Assembly (NCBI GenBank): GCA_964621595.1
Contig: CAZUPO010000002.1
Location: forward strand, 12,047 to 76,046
DNA from: an uncultured Candidatus Saccharibacteria bacterium
GTDB lineage: Bacteria > Patescibacteriota > Minisyncoccia > Phycocordibacterales > UBA5272
Reading direction: 5' to 3'
DNA: 64,000 nt
Numbering within the stretch: the stretch's first letter is position 1; each line of letters starts with the position of its first letter. The notes beneath the pieces are model-generated. The model was not told the origin of the DNA. It saw only the letters and a list, made by a program, of their open reading frames with translations, and searched no databases. Positions 19,225-30,169 of this stretch are shown here, piece by piece. A program made the position numbers and the translations under genes.

Positions 19225-20363
19225 AACGGGTTCTTTGCTCCGCGAACTTCGAAGTGAAGATGGGGGCCGGTTGATCGTCCTGTGTTACCAACCTCACCAA
19301 TAACATCGCCCTGTCCAACTTGCTGACCAGCAGAAACATATACCGCGCGTAGGTGAGCATAGACTGTTTGAACGTTGCCCTCATGAGCGATAATAATCAT
19401 GTTTCCATATCCACCGTTATATCCACTGCTTTTTGCAACGATAACAATACCGGATGCCGAGGCAAGGACTGGGGTACCAGGTGTTGCGCCTAGATCAATT
19501 CCATTGTGCCCGTGGAGACCTTGTGTTTTGCGAGCATTTACAACAGGACGTACGAAGAATCCAGAGGGCGCACTATATGCATAACTATTAAGTATCTTTG
19601 AGTGAACCTTGGAGGAGGTCTTTGGTTTTGGTTGTGCAACTGTAATTTCTCCGTCTGGTACTATCAAAATATCTCCCTGAGAAAGTTTTCCATCGACGGA
19701 GACACCGTTATATTTTGCGATATCATCAGCATCTGCTTTATATTTTTTAGCGATACCACTTACAGTCTCACCCTTTCTAACGGTATGCTTGATGCCAGTG
19801 ATAGGCAAAATAACAAGAGAGTCTCCTGGAGTGAGGGTCTGTGACTTTAGATCGTTCGCCCATATGATTGTGTTTTTAGAAACATTAAAAAGTTTGGCAA
19901 CAGTTGCAAGTGTGTCTCCCTTCTTCACCTCATACACACTAATCTCGTCCGTCTGAGGAAAGTCGACATCTTCTGTAGAGAGGCGAAGTGGCCCTGATGT
20001 TACTGTGAGAGCATCACTGTCTGTTGCATCTTGATCAATATCATCCTCGGCATCATCATCGATGACGGTTGCCTTTGGGAGGGCAATTGTCTGAGATGTT
20101 GGGGTAACCTCTTCAGCGCTTGCAACGTCTCCAAGAAAAATTGTTTTCACTTTTGTGGTGAATGACGACAAGACGCCAGCGTGCGCTCGCGAGGGTGCAG
20201 AAAAACACACAAAGGAGACAATGAGGATGCTATAGAGCGTTCGGTAGGAACGTTTGTGAGAAGATACTACGATATTGTTCGAAGTAATTAAGGGGGTGGA
20301 GCGAAACGAATCGCAAGATTTGGGTAGTTTTGTTACCAAAACAAGTGCTACCCCTACGGGCAT
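19221..20363 (-). CDS. M23 family metallopeptidase with two LysM domains
   Basis: Two LysM repeats (YEVKKGDTLATVAKLFNVS, HTVRKGETVSGIAKKYKAD). C-terminal M23 motifs HNGIDLGA and HLHFEV. Confidence 0.85.
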   Translation of the reverse strand: MPVGVALVLVTKLPKSCDSFRSTPLITSNNIVVSSHKRSYRTLYSILIVSFVCFSAPSRAHAGVLSSFTTKVKTIFLGDVASAEEVTPTSQTIALPKATVIDDDAEDDIDQDATDSDALTVTSGPLRLSTEDVDFPQTDEISVYEVKKGDTLATVAKLFNVSKNTIIWANDLKSQTLTPGDSLVILPITGIKHTVRKGETVSGIAKKYKADADDIAKYNGVSVDGKLSQGDILIVPDGEITVAQPKPKTSSKVHSKILNSYAYSAPSGFFVRPVVNARKTQGLHGHNGIDLGATPGTPVLASASGIVIVAKSSGYNGGYGNMIIIAHEGNVQTVYAHLRAVYVSAGQQVGQGDVIGEVGNTGRSTGPHLHFEVRGAKNPF

Positions 20364-20475
20364 GATTATATCATGGGGGGGATATTGACTTCAAAGGAGA
20401 AATGTCGTTTTAGATGTGGAGAAGTCACTTAAAATCATTGTACTGTAAGGTATACTGCTATCAACACACTTTCTT

Positions 20476-21594
20476 ATGCGACGACAATTTACTGAAGAAA
20501 AACAAACGGCGGAACAAAACCTCGACACAAGGATTGGAACCTTTAGACCTTCTCATCAAAAACCCAAGAAACCTATTCCATTTTCTATTAAACAAATAGA
20601 GGGGAACGGCGTTGGCGCAGAAGTAAAAAAAATTTCCCACGAAGACCTATTCTCCGTCCATAAAAACAGGTTCGAGAAGGCCTTTATAGATTCTCTTGTT
20701 AAGAAAGGGTTTGCCCCAGAACAAATTATGCGTGTGTTAGAAATTTTTCAAGACCATGAAGAAGACCGTCTCCTGGTGGCGAAAGAGAAAAATCCTGTTA
20801 TGTTTGCAGAATTTGAATACAGACGACTTGGTATTTCTGTTCCGGCCGCACCAATTCTTCGAACTAAACATACCACGAAGCGCATCACTCTCCCGTCCAT
20901 CATCAACCTTATACCAGAAGACGTTATAAAGGAGGTGCGTGAAAAAATTACCCTCAATGACATCCGAACAGGGCGATACAAGAAATCTGTCTCGAAAAAA
21001 ACGCTTCATGAAGATACCCTGCGGCAAGAAATTGACTCTCCGGCTGTTCAACAAGAGAATGCTCGCGAATCCGGGACTGTCTCTCGATTAAAAGAAATCG
21101 AGCCGCTATACGCACGACTAGAAGAACTCTACGGTGATTCAATACTTAAATATGCTGGACCAATTTCTACCTCCGTACAAGAGCCGCGAAAAGTCTCTCC
21201 TGTGCACGAAGAAAAGAAACGTTCTCAATCAAACTGGAGAACAGCCCTACAACACAGTACGGATGAGCACACCACAGATCTCTTGAAGGCACTTGAGACG
21301 ACTGGAAATGAAGATACGTTCTTTGCAAACTTTGCTTCTTTGTATGTGGCAAATAATCCCTCCGCACTAGAAAATGTAAAAGGCTGGAAAGCATACGACG
21401 TTCTCTATCTCGAAACATTTTCTCCACTGGACACTCACGAGAAGCGTCTAGAGGTGAGCAAGATGATTTCCGCAATGGAAACTATTGCGAAGTTGATAAA
21501 CCCATCATTTTCTATTACCAAAGATATGCGCGTCAGGGAGTTATATGACGCACTTCGTGGGCTTATTATAGAAGCAGATAGATTGCTCGCATAA
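20476..21594 (+). CDS. Hypothetical protein
   Basis: Long ORF. No recognisable motif. Confidence 0.45.
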   Translation: MRRQFTEEKQTAEQNLDTRIGTFRPSHQKPKKPIPFSIKQIEGNGVGAEVKKISHEDLFSVHKNRFEKAFIDSLVKKGFAPEQIMRVLEIFQDHEEDRLLVAKEKNPVMFAEFEYRRLGISVPAAPILRTKHTTKRITLPSIINLIPEDVIKEVREKITLNDIRTGRYKKSVSKKTLHEDTLRQEIDSPAVQQENARESGTVSRLKEIEPLYARLEELYGDSILKYAGPISTSVQEPRKVSPVHEEKKRSQSNWRTALQHSTDEHTTDLLKALETTGNEDTFFANFASLYVANNPSALENVKGWKAYDVLYLETFSPLDTHEKRLEVSKMISAMETIAKLINPSFSITKDMRVRELYDALRGLIIEADRLLA

Positions 21595-21599
21595 ATTCC

Positions 21600-21887
21600 A
21601 TGAATTTTTCGATTCTTTTTCAACAACTACCTCAAGATTTTAACTTATCAGTACTAAACGAGGAGGATCGACCTGAGGTTCTTTTGGAGATTGTAAAAAC
21701 TATTCAGAAACAATTTCTTTCTGACATATACGACATTGTGGGGAAAGAAAAGTTTGATGCGCTCGTAGCATCAAGTGCCATGGGGGAGGAATTTTACGCA
21801 ACGACACTTAAACACCTGGTGCCAAGTTATGAAGAAGTATTTGTGCTTTCTAGGATGAAAATAGTCGACGCTTTTCACAAAAAATAA
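21600..21887 (+). CDS. Small hypothetical protein
   Basis: ORF only. Tightly spaced after the previous gene. Confidence 0.35.
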   Translation: MNFSILFQQLPQDFNLSVLNEEDRPEVLLEIVKTIQKQFLSDIYDIVGKEKFDALVASSAMGEEFYATTLKHLVPSYEEVFVLSRMKIVDAFHKK

Positions 21888-21918
21888 TCTCTGCTCTGTG
21901 TGATACAATAAGAGTCCT

Positions 21919-23856
21919 GTGACAACACACATTACTCTCAACAAGGCACAACTTGAAGCCGTCACACACTCGGAAGGCCCACTTCTTATTATCGCTGGTG
22001 CTGGTGCTGGAAAAACAAAAACAATAACTGAGCGCATTGTTCGCATTGTAAAAGAGGGGGCAGACCCTCGATCCATTCTCGCGGTAACATTTACCAACAA
22101 GGCTGCCAAAGAAATGCGTGAGCGTATTGTGTCACGACTCATTGAAGAGGGGTGTATCGAGAGAGATAATCCGTATCATCACACCCCTATTATCAAAACC
22201 TTCCACTCTCTTGGCCTTATGATACTGCGTCGAGACGGGCATCTGCTTGGTCTTCCTAAAACGATGACGATCGTGGACTCCGCTGATTCTCTCTCTATCA
22301 TTAAACGCTCGCTGGAGTCTCTTGGTATAGATCCCAAAACACACGATCCGACAAAAATTCGAGTCATTATAAGTAGAGAAAAAGGTAACTTCACCACGCT
22401 CACTGACTATCAAAAAAAAGTTGCGACCACTCAGATGGATGTGGTTGCTCGTGTCTGGAAACTGTACGAGGAAAATCTCCGAAGAGAGGGGTCGGTTGAC
22501 TTCGATGACTTGGTTGTTCTTGCAGTAAAACTTTTAGAAGAACATTCTAGTGTTCGGGAACACTATGTGCGTACTTTTACATACGTTCACGTGGATGAAT
22601 ACCAGGACACCAACGAGGCACAGTACGTATTTGTTAAGTTACTTGTAAACCCAGCAACAAATAATATTTGTGTGGTGGGGGACGGCGACCAGACAATTTA
22701 CACCTGGCGCGGTGCAAATATTAATAACATTCTCAATTTTGAAAAAGATTTCGAAAATGCTCGCGTTGTTCTTCTCGAGGAAAACTATCGCTCTACAGAA
22801 TCAATACTCCGCCTGGCAAATGCTGTTATTACGAAAAACACCGTGCGTAAAGACAAGCGACTTTTTACCTCACATCAAGGGGGTGACCCAATCACTGTAC
22901 TGCCTTCCTGGGATGAGACGTCAGAAGCGGAAAATATTGCCGTGCGTTGCAAAGAACTGATCGCTGGGGGAACAGACCCTCAATCTATTGCTGTTTTGTA
23001 TCGGGCAAACTTTCAGTCTCGTGTTTTGGAAGAATCTTTTATACAGCAATCTGTGCCCTATGTACTTTTGGGAACAAAGTTTTTTGAGCGAAGGGAGGTT
23101 AAGGATGTTCTTAGTTATTTGCGCGCTGCGAGGAACCGCACATCCCTTACAGATCTGCGTCGGGTACTAGAAACACCTAAGCGTGGTATCGGCAAGGTAA
23201 CAATTGCAAAACTTTTTGCAGGAGAGGAACTCTCTGCTGCCGCTCAACAAAAAATTGCCGGTGTTTTTTCTTTCCTGGATACACTGCAACAACTTTTAGA
23301 AACAGAGTCACTGTCGTTCGTGTTGCAAAAAATAATTGTGGACTCCGGTATAGAGAAGGAACTTCTCGAGGGTAGTAGTGAAGATCGAGAGAGACTAGAA
23401 AACGCTCGCGAACTTGTGTCGCTCACCGTGCGTTATGATGGCACCCCAGGGAAAGACATTGTTGATACATTTCTTGAAGAGGTGTCTCTGCAGAGTGATC
23501 AGGATGATAACGACGAGGCTCGGGGTGGGGTGCGCCTCATGACGGTGCATGCAAGTAAGGGCTTGGAATTTGATGTTGTTTTCATTGCTGGACTTGAACA
23601 AGATCTTTTCCCACACAAAAACATAGGCGGAAGAAAACAAACAAAGGAGGAAGAGGAGGAGGAGCGCAGACTTTTCTATGTGGCTGTAACCCGCGCACGA
23701 AAAAAATTATATGTATCCTACGCAGAACTTCGAACGATTTTTGGACAAAAGCAAATAAATGCACCAAGCGAATTTCTTGAAGATATTCCTTCTGATATTA
23801 ATGATGAGGCGGAACTCTACTACAAGCAAGGTGGAGGTACTGTCGTCTACATTTAG
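21919..23856 (+). CDS. pcrA: ATP-dependent DNA helicase PcrA/UvrD family
   Basis: AGAGAGKTKTIT (motif I), TFTNKAAKEM, VDEYQDTN (motif II), and VTRARKKLYVSYA near the C-terminus. Confidence 0.9.
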   Translation: MTTHITLNKAQLEAVTHSEGPLLIIAGAGAGKTKTITERIVRIVKEGADPRSILAVTFTNKAAKEMRERIVSRLIEEGCIERDNPYHHTPIIKTFHSLGLMILRRDGHLLGLPKTMTIVDSADSLSIIKRSLESLGIDPKTHDPTKIRVIISREKGNFTTLTDYQKKVATTQMDVVARVWKLYEENLRREGSVDFDDLVVLAVKLLEEHSSVREHYVRTFTYVHVDEYQDTNEAQYVFVKLLVNPATNNICVVGDGDQTIYTWRGANINNILNFEKDFENARVVLLEENYRSTESILRLANAVITKNTVRKDKRLFTSHQGGDPITVLPSWDETSEAENIAVRCKELIAGGTDPQSIAVLYRANFQSRVLEESFIQQSVPYVLLGTKFFERREVKDVLSYLRAARNRTSLTDLRRVLETPKRGIGKVTIAKLFAGEELSAAAQQKIAGVFSFLDTLQQLLETESLSFVLQKIIVDSGIEKELLEGSSEDRERLENARELVSLTVRYDGTPGKDIVDTFLEEVSLQSDQDDNDEARGGVRLMTVHASKGLEFDVVFIAGLEQDLFPHKNIGGRKQTKEEEEEERRLFYVAVTRARKKLYVSYAELRTIFGQKQINAPSEFLEDIPSDINDEAELYYKQGGGTVVYI

Positions 23857-23888
23857 AATTCCTTCATAATCATGGTAGATTTGGTGAT

Positions 23889-24698
23889 ATGAAAGCCAAG
23901 AAGCAATTTGGGCAGAATTTTTTAACTTCCGTTCCGGCACGAATAAAAATTGTTCAGGCGGGCAATATAACCCCAGGTGAATGGGTAGTAGAGGTGGGGC
24001 CAGGAACCGGATTCCTGACGGAAGAATTACTGCGCGCTGGCGCACGTGTTCTTGCTCTAGAAAAAGATAGGGATCTTCTGCCTCTTCTTCGTGAAAAGTT
24101 TTCGCACGCAATTGAAAATGGACACCTTGTTCTACAAGAACAGGACGTCTTGTCATTTATGCCAGAAGATATGCCTGTGCTCGGAGAGGGGTACAAAGTT
24201 ATCGCCAACATTCCATATTACATAACCGGGGCCATCTTTAGACACTTCCTTGCGCGCCCCCACAAACCAACCACCATGGTTGTTCTTATCCAAAAAGAAG
24301 TCGCTGAGAGGATTGTGGCTCGGGATGGTAAAGAGTCTATTCTATCCTTGTCAGTATCAGTATATGGAAAACCTCGCATTGTTACGCGGGTAGATAAGGG
24401 GAGTTTTAACCCTCGCCCAAATGTCGATAGTGCCGTACTCGCCATAGACTCTATTTCTCAGATTTTTTTTAAAAACCCATACGAAGAGGAGATGTTTTTC
24501 AAGATGGTGCACGCTGGGTTTCTTCATAAAAGAAAACTTTTGGTTTCCAACCTACAACACATATTTCCTTCACTTCCTATGCGCAAACTTTTTGAAGAGT
24601 CTTCTGTAGATGTCTCTATTCGGGCGGAAAAACTTTTGTGTGATGATTGGATTCGTTTAGTACGAACCATACTCTTGGCAACCAAAACTGGACACTAG
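23889..24698 (+). CDS. rsmA: 16S rRNA (adenine1518/1519-N6)-dimethyltransferase
   Basis: KKQFGQNFL N-terminal motif and VVEVGPGTGFLT SAM-binding motif. Confidence 0.9.
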   Translation: MKAKKQFGQNFLTSVPARIKIVQAGNITPGEWVVEVGPGTGFLTEELLRAGARVLALEKDRDLLPLLREKFSHAIENGHLVLQEQDVLSFMPEDMPVLGEGYKVIANIPYYITGAIFRHFLARPHKPTTMVVLIQKEVAERIVARDGKESILSLSVSVYGKPRIVTRVDKGSFNPRPNVDSAVLAIDSISQIFFKNPYEEEMFFKMVHAGFLHKRKLLVSNLQHIFPSLPMRKLFEESSVDVSIRAEKLLCDDWIRLVRTILLATKTGH

Positions 24699-24755
24699 TG
24701 GTTATCCTCAGGTTTGTACCTCTCGCTTGGGTGCTAGTGGGCTATACTTTGTACT

Positions 24756-25691
24756 ATGGACAAAGAAAGCACCTTACAGTCAAGAACCCTGGGCGCACTT
24801 GGGTTGTTTATTCTCTTACTTATTCTCTCAGCAGCAATTCCTTCATCGTGGTTTACAAAAAAAACACCCTCTAAACACAGCCCCATAAACCTACGGGCCA
24901 TTATCGAGGCGAGTAAATCGGCGCATGATACAAACCATGACGGGGCTGTTACTTGGCAAGAACTCATAGAACAAAGTTTTGATGATGCAACGTCAAGCAT
25001 TGCACAGTTAAAGAAAGACTTTCCGCCCGATCCAAAAGTTCTCGAGGAATTAAATGACCCCAACAACCTCACGAGTTCTCTCACAAAAAAACTCTTTGTT
25101 GCGAGCAGTTTGATGGAGGGGAATGAGTCTACAGACGAAGCAGCAAAAAATCGTTTACTGTCTCGAATGATACAAGAAGAGGCAACCAAAATTGCCCAGA
25201 CAAAATATGCTGTTGAAGACATTACTCTAACCAAAGGAGATAGTAAAGGTGATCTAAAAACATATGGTAATGCCGTCGCCCCAATTATAAAAAACCTTAT
25301 AAACACTACAATTATTACTAATGATTTAGCGGCAATTAACTCCTTCACCCAAACCAGAAATCCTTCCGATCTTGCTGAAATAAAGAAGAACAATGATCGT
25401 GTTGGTCCTCTTATAACCAAACTTCTTGCAACACCGGTGCCCCCATCTCTTGCCCTGCAACACTTAGTTATCATAAACCGCCTCGCTTCTTACAAAGACA
25501 TTCTGAATGCCTTGGCCGGAGCAGGCAGCGACCCCCTACGCGCCAGCCTTGTGATGGGAAATTATACAGATGCTGTAGTGTCTGTTGGGACCGTTCCGGC
25601 TCAACTAAAAAACTTGTTTGATTCCAAAAATGTCGTTTTCTCCTCAAATGAACCTGGATATATATTTACAAGTGGGTATACTTATAAATAA
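24756..25691 (+). CDS. Hypothetical membrane-anchored/secreted protein; first gene of the T4SS-like cluster
   Basis: N-terminal TM LGALGLFILLLILSAAI. No domain match recognisable. Confidence 0.45.
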   Translation: MDKESTLQSRTLGALGLFILLLILSAAIPSSWFTKKTPSKHSPINLRAIIEASKSAHDTNHDGAVTWQELIEQSFDDATSSIAQLKKDFPPDPKVLEELNDPNNLTSSLTKKLFVASSLMEGNESTDEAAKNRLLSRMIQEEATKIAQTKYAVEDITLTKGDSKGDLKTYGNAVAPIIKNLINTTIITNDLAAINSFTQTRNPSDLAEIKKNNDRVGPLITKLLATPVPPSLALQHLVIINRLASYKDILNALAGAGSDPLRASLVMGNYTDAVVSVGTVPAQLKNLFDSKNVVFSSNEPGYIFTSGYTYK

Positions 25692-25697
25692 TCTTGT

Positions 25698-27605
25698 ATG
25701 AAAAAACATTTTGTTCTTATACTCATGCTCGTTGCTGTTGTGTGTGCGCCTACACGCAGCTATGCTCTGGTGGTAGAGTGTCCGCTTTGTTCTAAATATG
25801 CAAAGCAGGTGGAGGAGTGGTTCACAGAAAAAGCATCTCTTGTAAAAGAAACTATTAGTTCAAATCAGAACACGATCACCGCGACACAACAAACCCTCGC
25901 CACAGTAAACTCAAACGTTATTCGACCGATGAACGATGCCATGAACCTCGTGGCACTTGCTAACACTCTTACTAAAAATGCCAACCTTGTAACACAGCAA
26001 GGTCTTCTAAAACAAGACCCTGAGCAGTATTTAAAAACCGTCGGTACTCAGGTCGTTATGGCTAACCTTGCAAACATCCAATCAAGCGGAGGTATATACG
26101 GGAGTGATGTTTACAAATCTGTTGTCGCGAGAACGCGAGAGACCAGTAATCCGATGACAAACCTAAACCGACTTACTCAATCAAGCATTCCCAGCCAAAT
26201 ACAAGATGAGGTATGTGATACTGGAGAACTAGAAGAATATGCAAAAGAAGAGGCAACGGATGAAGATGGAAATATAAATGACGAGGACTACGAATACTAC
26301 AAAGAACTATACTACGATAGTTTTTGCACCGGGGAGCCGAGCCAAGATAAAGAACTAGCACAGCGATTAACTGCTGTGGATGGTGCCAGGGGTGGAAATG
26401 ATCTTAACCGAATACTTTCCAAAACAGATTGTGATAACACCTACTGTCGAACGGAGCGTGCGTCTAACGAAATAGAAAAAATTAAATCTCAAAAAATCGC
26501 AACTGCCCAGAAGGAACTCGATTACGGGCAGGGTATAGCGGGTCCCAAAATATGTACTCAACGAAGTGAGCCGGACACTAATGGAGAAACATACTGCTTA
26601 AAGGAGGTTAGTATCACGCGAGCGTCCGATTTAAGTGCTGCTTTCCAGAAAAACACTACTGCGGAGATTGACAGACTGATTGCCACCTACGGAACTGGTG
26701 GTACACCGAGTTTTCTAAGCGGTGTATTTGATTTGGCAAAGGGAGTATTTGGTATCGCGGCTACAGGGTACGGCATATATCAAAATGGTAGCGCTTCACT
26801 CAATAAACTCGAGGGTGCGGCGGACAACCTTGGCAACAACCTGGACTCGTTCGCTGGTGGAAGTGATGCAAAGATTGGATCCTCTGGTGTTCAGGTTGCA
26901 AGCAATGGAAGTCTCTCTGGGCTTCTTTCTTCTGGAACATCCGGGCGGACTGCTTCCTACCAAAAAGACCTAACTGCCGGGAGTAAGGCACAGACATCTA
27001 TGTACAGTTCTGTCGTTGATCAGATGCGAACACATTTGGACAGTTTGACCCAACTTGAGAGTTTAGATAATGATTACTTGAGTAAAATATCGAGCAACCA
27101 AAGTTCACTTGAAAGTATGAAAGCATGTTACGAGGCGCTCACACGTGACTACGGTGCGTCACGAATTATTTATCTAGAGGGAGGAGGTACCACAACCGTT
27201 CCAGGACTCTTTCCTTCGAACGACCCGCGCCTAACTTCTGCGCTTGACTACTATAACCGCCAAACAAATAAAAACAATTCTTTGCAGAATACGGTGAATG
27301 CAGAAATTTCCACTACGATACCCCAAGCTAGAGCATTCATACAACAAACCAAGGACGCGGTGGCAAACTCCCTCTCTTCGGAAGAAATCTACGATCTCTT
27401 TAACTCATACCAGACCGCGATTTCAAGCAAACAATTACCGGTCCTAACAGCAAGCTCTCAGCGAGAAGCCGAAGTAATGGGCTACGATAGCGATACACAG
27501 ATGGCGCGTGAGGAGGGTGGTATAATCTTCGAATTCCAAAAAACTTGCTCTACGACTCGCGATGACATCATACGTCAAATGTCACAAAGCCAAACTTCAT
27601 TCTAG
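25698..27605 (+). CDS. Large secreted hypothetical protein (635 aa)
   Basis: Signal peptide MKKHFVLILMLVAVVCAPTRSYA. Ser/Thr/Asn-rich. Confidence 0.5.
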   Translation: MKKHFVLILMLVAVVCAPTRSYALVVECPLCSKYAKQVEEWFTEKASLVKETISSNQNTITATQQTLATVNSNVIRPMNDAMNLVALANTLTKNANLVTQQGLLKQDPEQYLKTVGTQVVMANLANIQSSGGIYGSDVYKSVVARTRETSNPMTNLNRLTQSSIPSQIQDEVCDTGELEEYAKEEATDEDGNINDEDYEYYKELYYDSFCTGEPSQDKELAQRLTAVDGARGGNDLNRILSKTDCDNTYCRTERASNEIEKIKSQKIATAQKELDYGQGIAGPKICTQRSEPDTNGETYCLKEVSITRASDLSAAFQKNTTAEIDRLIATYGTGGTPSFLSGVFDLAKGVFGIAATGYGIYQNGSASLNKLEGAADNLGNNLDSFAGGSDAKIGSSGVQVASNGSLSGLLSSGTSGRTASYQKDLTAGSKAQTSMYSSVVDQMRTHLDSLTQLESLDNDYLSKISSNQSSLESMKACYEALTRDYGASRIIYLEGGGTTTVPGLFPSNDPRLTSALDYYNRQTNKNNSLQNTVNAEISTTIPQARAFIQQTKDAVANSLSSEEIYDLFNSYQTAISSKQLPVLTASSQREAEVMGYDSDTQMAREEGGIIFEFQKTCSTTRDDIIRQMSQSQTSF

Positions 27606-27658
27606 ATTCTAGTGGATTTTAAACAGTCTTTTGTTTCCTTTGTGGTACACTACGTGAT

Positions 27659-30157
27659 ATGAGAAGGGTTTTGATTCCTCTTTTTTCTCTTGCTATTATA
27701 TGGTCGCTTTTTATTCCTGCCACGGTTCATGGAGCAGTTACTGACGCAGAAATAAAAGCTCTGCGAGATGAGGCGAGAACATACTCAAGCTATAACGGCT
27801 TTGACAATGGTGGGGTGTTTTTGATTAATTATCAAGAGATTGTAGCAAGCACTGCTGCGCGACTAAAAAATGACCCGGACGTCAACAAAGAACAATTAAA
27901 AAAATATATACTCGAGGGAATTCCTGGCGCAACCGACCCAAACCAACAAGGTTTTATTCCCTATTTGCAAAAAAAACTATCCGACTGTTCGGACAGGGGA
28001 TACCTTTCTGCTGCCCTAAATACAGTTTTTGGAAATTCAACAGCACAGTGTATCAAACTTACCGAGGCCGCAATCGCAAATGCAGAAATACAGTTGAAGG
28101 GGGCGACTGTTCGAGATGAAAAAAATGGTGGGGTCATTACTCAGGCAGAAGCCTCGACGCAAATTCAAAATGCGGGAGCGGAAGGAAGTCGGAAGGTTGC
28201 GGCGGCTATAGCGCGATTTGAAAACGCAAAATGTCAAAGTCTCTGGGATGCAACTTTTATTGATTGTATCGATGTTGCGGTGGCGTGGATTATTAAACAC
28301 TACTTCCTACAAATCGCTGGGTTCGTACTCTGGCTCAGTGCGAACATGATGAATTACGCCATAAAGATAGCCATCCTCCAGTTTTCTCAATGGGCGCCAG
28401 CGGCGTTCTACGGTGTGTGGGTGGTGGTGCGTCAAGTTATATCGCTGTTTGTTGTGTTTGCGGGGTTGTGGCTTGGAATGATGTACATTCTGGACAGAAA
28501 ACAGGAGTTTGAGCGTTTCGTGCCATATCTCATCCTCTTTGCGCTATTTGTTAACTTTTCATACCCATTTGCCAGAACACTGATAGACGTCTCTAATGTT
28601 ATTTCTTTGAATATCTACACGAGTGTATTCGGTGCCGAGGCTCTGTCTAACGACGTAATGTCATCGAAGTCCCCCGGGTCCATCATTACCAACCGCCTCG
28701 GACTCGTAAATATTGTAGACCTGGCAACCGGTACAAAAGCAGCAGACAGTGGATTTCTTAACAGTCTCGACAGTGTTCCAGGCGCGCTTACTGCTGTTGT
28801 TTTCATTCTCTATTCCGCATACGTGTTTTTTATGGCTACGGCTATCCTCGTTACACGAACTGCTGTGCTTGTCTTTGTTATCATAGGGTCTCCACTTCTC
28901 TTTGTTGATAGTGTTGTGCCGGCACTAGGAGAACAAGCTAAAAAACTCAGAGGAATTTTTGTCGACCAACTCACTGTGGGACCAGTCTTTACTATTCTCT
29001 TGGCCATAACACTCAAGTTTTTGGATTCCTTGCGGCAAAGTGGTCCACTTAGTTCTATATCTACCGGGATAAACGCTGCATCAAACGCCACCGCGGGAAG
29101 GCAAGATACGGTACAAATATTCTTTGGACTTCTTCTTATGATTGTTGCCCTGCATCTCATGCTGAAAATAACGAAAAGTGTTGCTGGAAAGGCTGGTGCG
29201 ATGGCGACAGATTTTATGGGGAAGGTTGGGGGCATGGCAAGCGGCGTAGCAGTTGGTGCAGCAACTGGTGGAGTTGGGTTACTTGGTCGTGCAACTGTTG
29301 GTAGTCTTGCGGCGAAGGCGCGTGACAGCAAGTGGATGACAAACAACCAAGATTCTTTTCTTGGTAGGCGTGCGTACAATTTAAGTAATTCATTAGCGTC
29401 GAGTTCATTTGATGCTCGTAACTCATCCGTCGCCAAGGCTGGATTCAATAAACTTGGGCTTTCTAGAGGGATGGGCTCGGGGCAGAAGGGTGGTTATGAT
29501 GCTGATGTAACAAATAAAATGAATGACCGTCGTGCGCGGTTAGGTAGAATTCAAGTAACAAATGACGACGGAACTATAAATAAAGAAGGTGCTGCAGCAA
29601 AGCAGCGTTTCTATGAAAAAAATAAGGATCTTGGGGGCGGTAAGTTTGGTAAGGAAATGGTTGACAAGGATTGGGATGAGGCTATTGCTGCAAATAAAAA
29701 AATTGATGCTTATGTTTCAAAAACTGGAGAAAAAAAGGAGGCCTACTTTAACGCTCAAACTGACCCAATACTCAAGGAGCAGATGAAGGCTGTCCAGGTA
29801 AGCAAAGACCAGCTTGCGGCAAATCAGGCTCTTGCTCAATCTAATCAAGCGCTCGCGACAGAGATGCGGGAGACTCGCAATGCAAAATCAGGGGTTGGGG
29901 TTGCTGCGGCCGGGGCGGCAACTGCTACGGCGGCAACTCCTATACAGGTAAATGTTACTGATGGTAAAACAACAGGGCTATCTCTAGAAACTCCAACGGA
30001 GGCATCCTACAGAGTAAGAGGACTATCCCTTGAAACTGACAAAGAGGCTTCTGCTCGAGTGGCACTTGATAAAACAAAAAGTGGCACCGAAAACCGAGTG
30101 GATCATAACCTTGTAGATCATCAGAAGCATGTGGAGGAAGAGTTGTTTGCTTCTTAA
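27659..30157 (+). CDS. Polytopic membrane protein, VirB6/TrbL-like candidate (832 aa)
   Basis: Signal peptide, about 8 hydrophobic helices in residues about 200-520, Gly/Ala-rich low-complexity C-terminal region. Position just upstream of VirB3/VirB4-like genes. Confidence 0.45.
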   Translation: MRRVLIPLFSLAIIWSLFIPATVHGAVTDAEIKALRDEARTYSSYNGFDNGGVFLINYQEIVASTAARLKNDPDVNKEQLKKYILEGIPGATDPNQQGFIPYLQKKLSDCSDRGYLSAALNTVFGNSTAQCIKLTEAAIANAEIQLKGATVRDEKNGGVITQAEASTQIQNAGAEGSRKVAAAIARFENAKCQSLWDATFIDCIDVAVAWIIKHYFLQIAGFVLWLSANMMNYAIKIAILQFSQWAPAAFYGVWVVVRQVISLFVVFAGLWLGMMYILDRKQEFERFVPYLILFALFVNFSYPFARTLIDVSNVISLNIYTSVFGAEALSNDVMSSKSPGSIITNRLGLVNIVDLATGTKAADSGFLNSLDSVPGALTAVVFILYSAYVFFMATAILVTRTAVLVFVIIGSPLLFVDSVVPALGEQAKKLRGIFVDQLTVGPVFTILLAITLKFLDSLRQSGPLSSISTGINAASNATAGRQDTVQIFFGLLLMIVALHLMLKITKSVAGKAGAMATDFMGKVGGMASGVAVGAATGGVGLLGRATVGSLAAKARDSKWMTNNQDSFLGRRAYNLSNSLASSSFDARNSSVAKAGFNKLGLSRGMGSGQKGGYDADVTNKMNDRRARLGRIQVTNDDGTINKEGAAAKQRFYEKNKDLGGGKFGKEMVDKDWDEAIAANKKIDAYVSKTGEKKEAYFNAQTDPILKEQMKAVQVSKDQLAANQALAQSNQALATEMRETRNAKSGVGVAAAGAATATAATPIQVNVTDGKTTGLSLETPTEASYRVRGLSLETDKEASARVALDKTKSGTENRVDHNLVDHQKHVEEELFAS

Positions 30158-30169
30158 GAACTATCATCT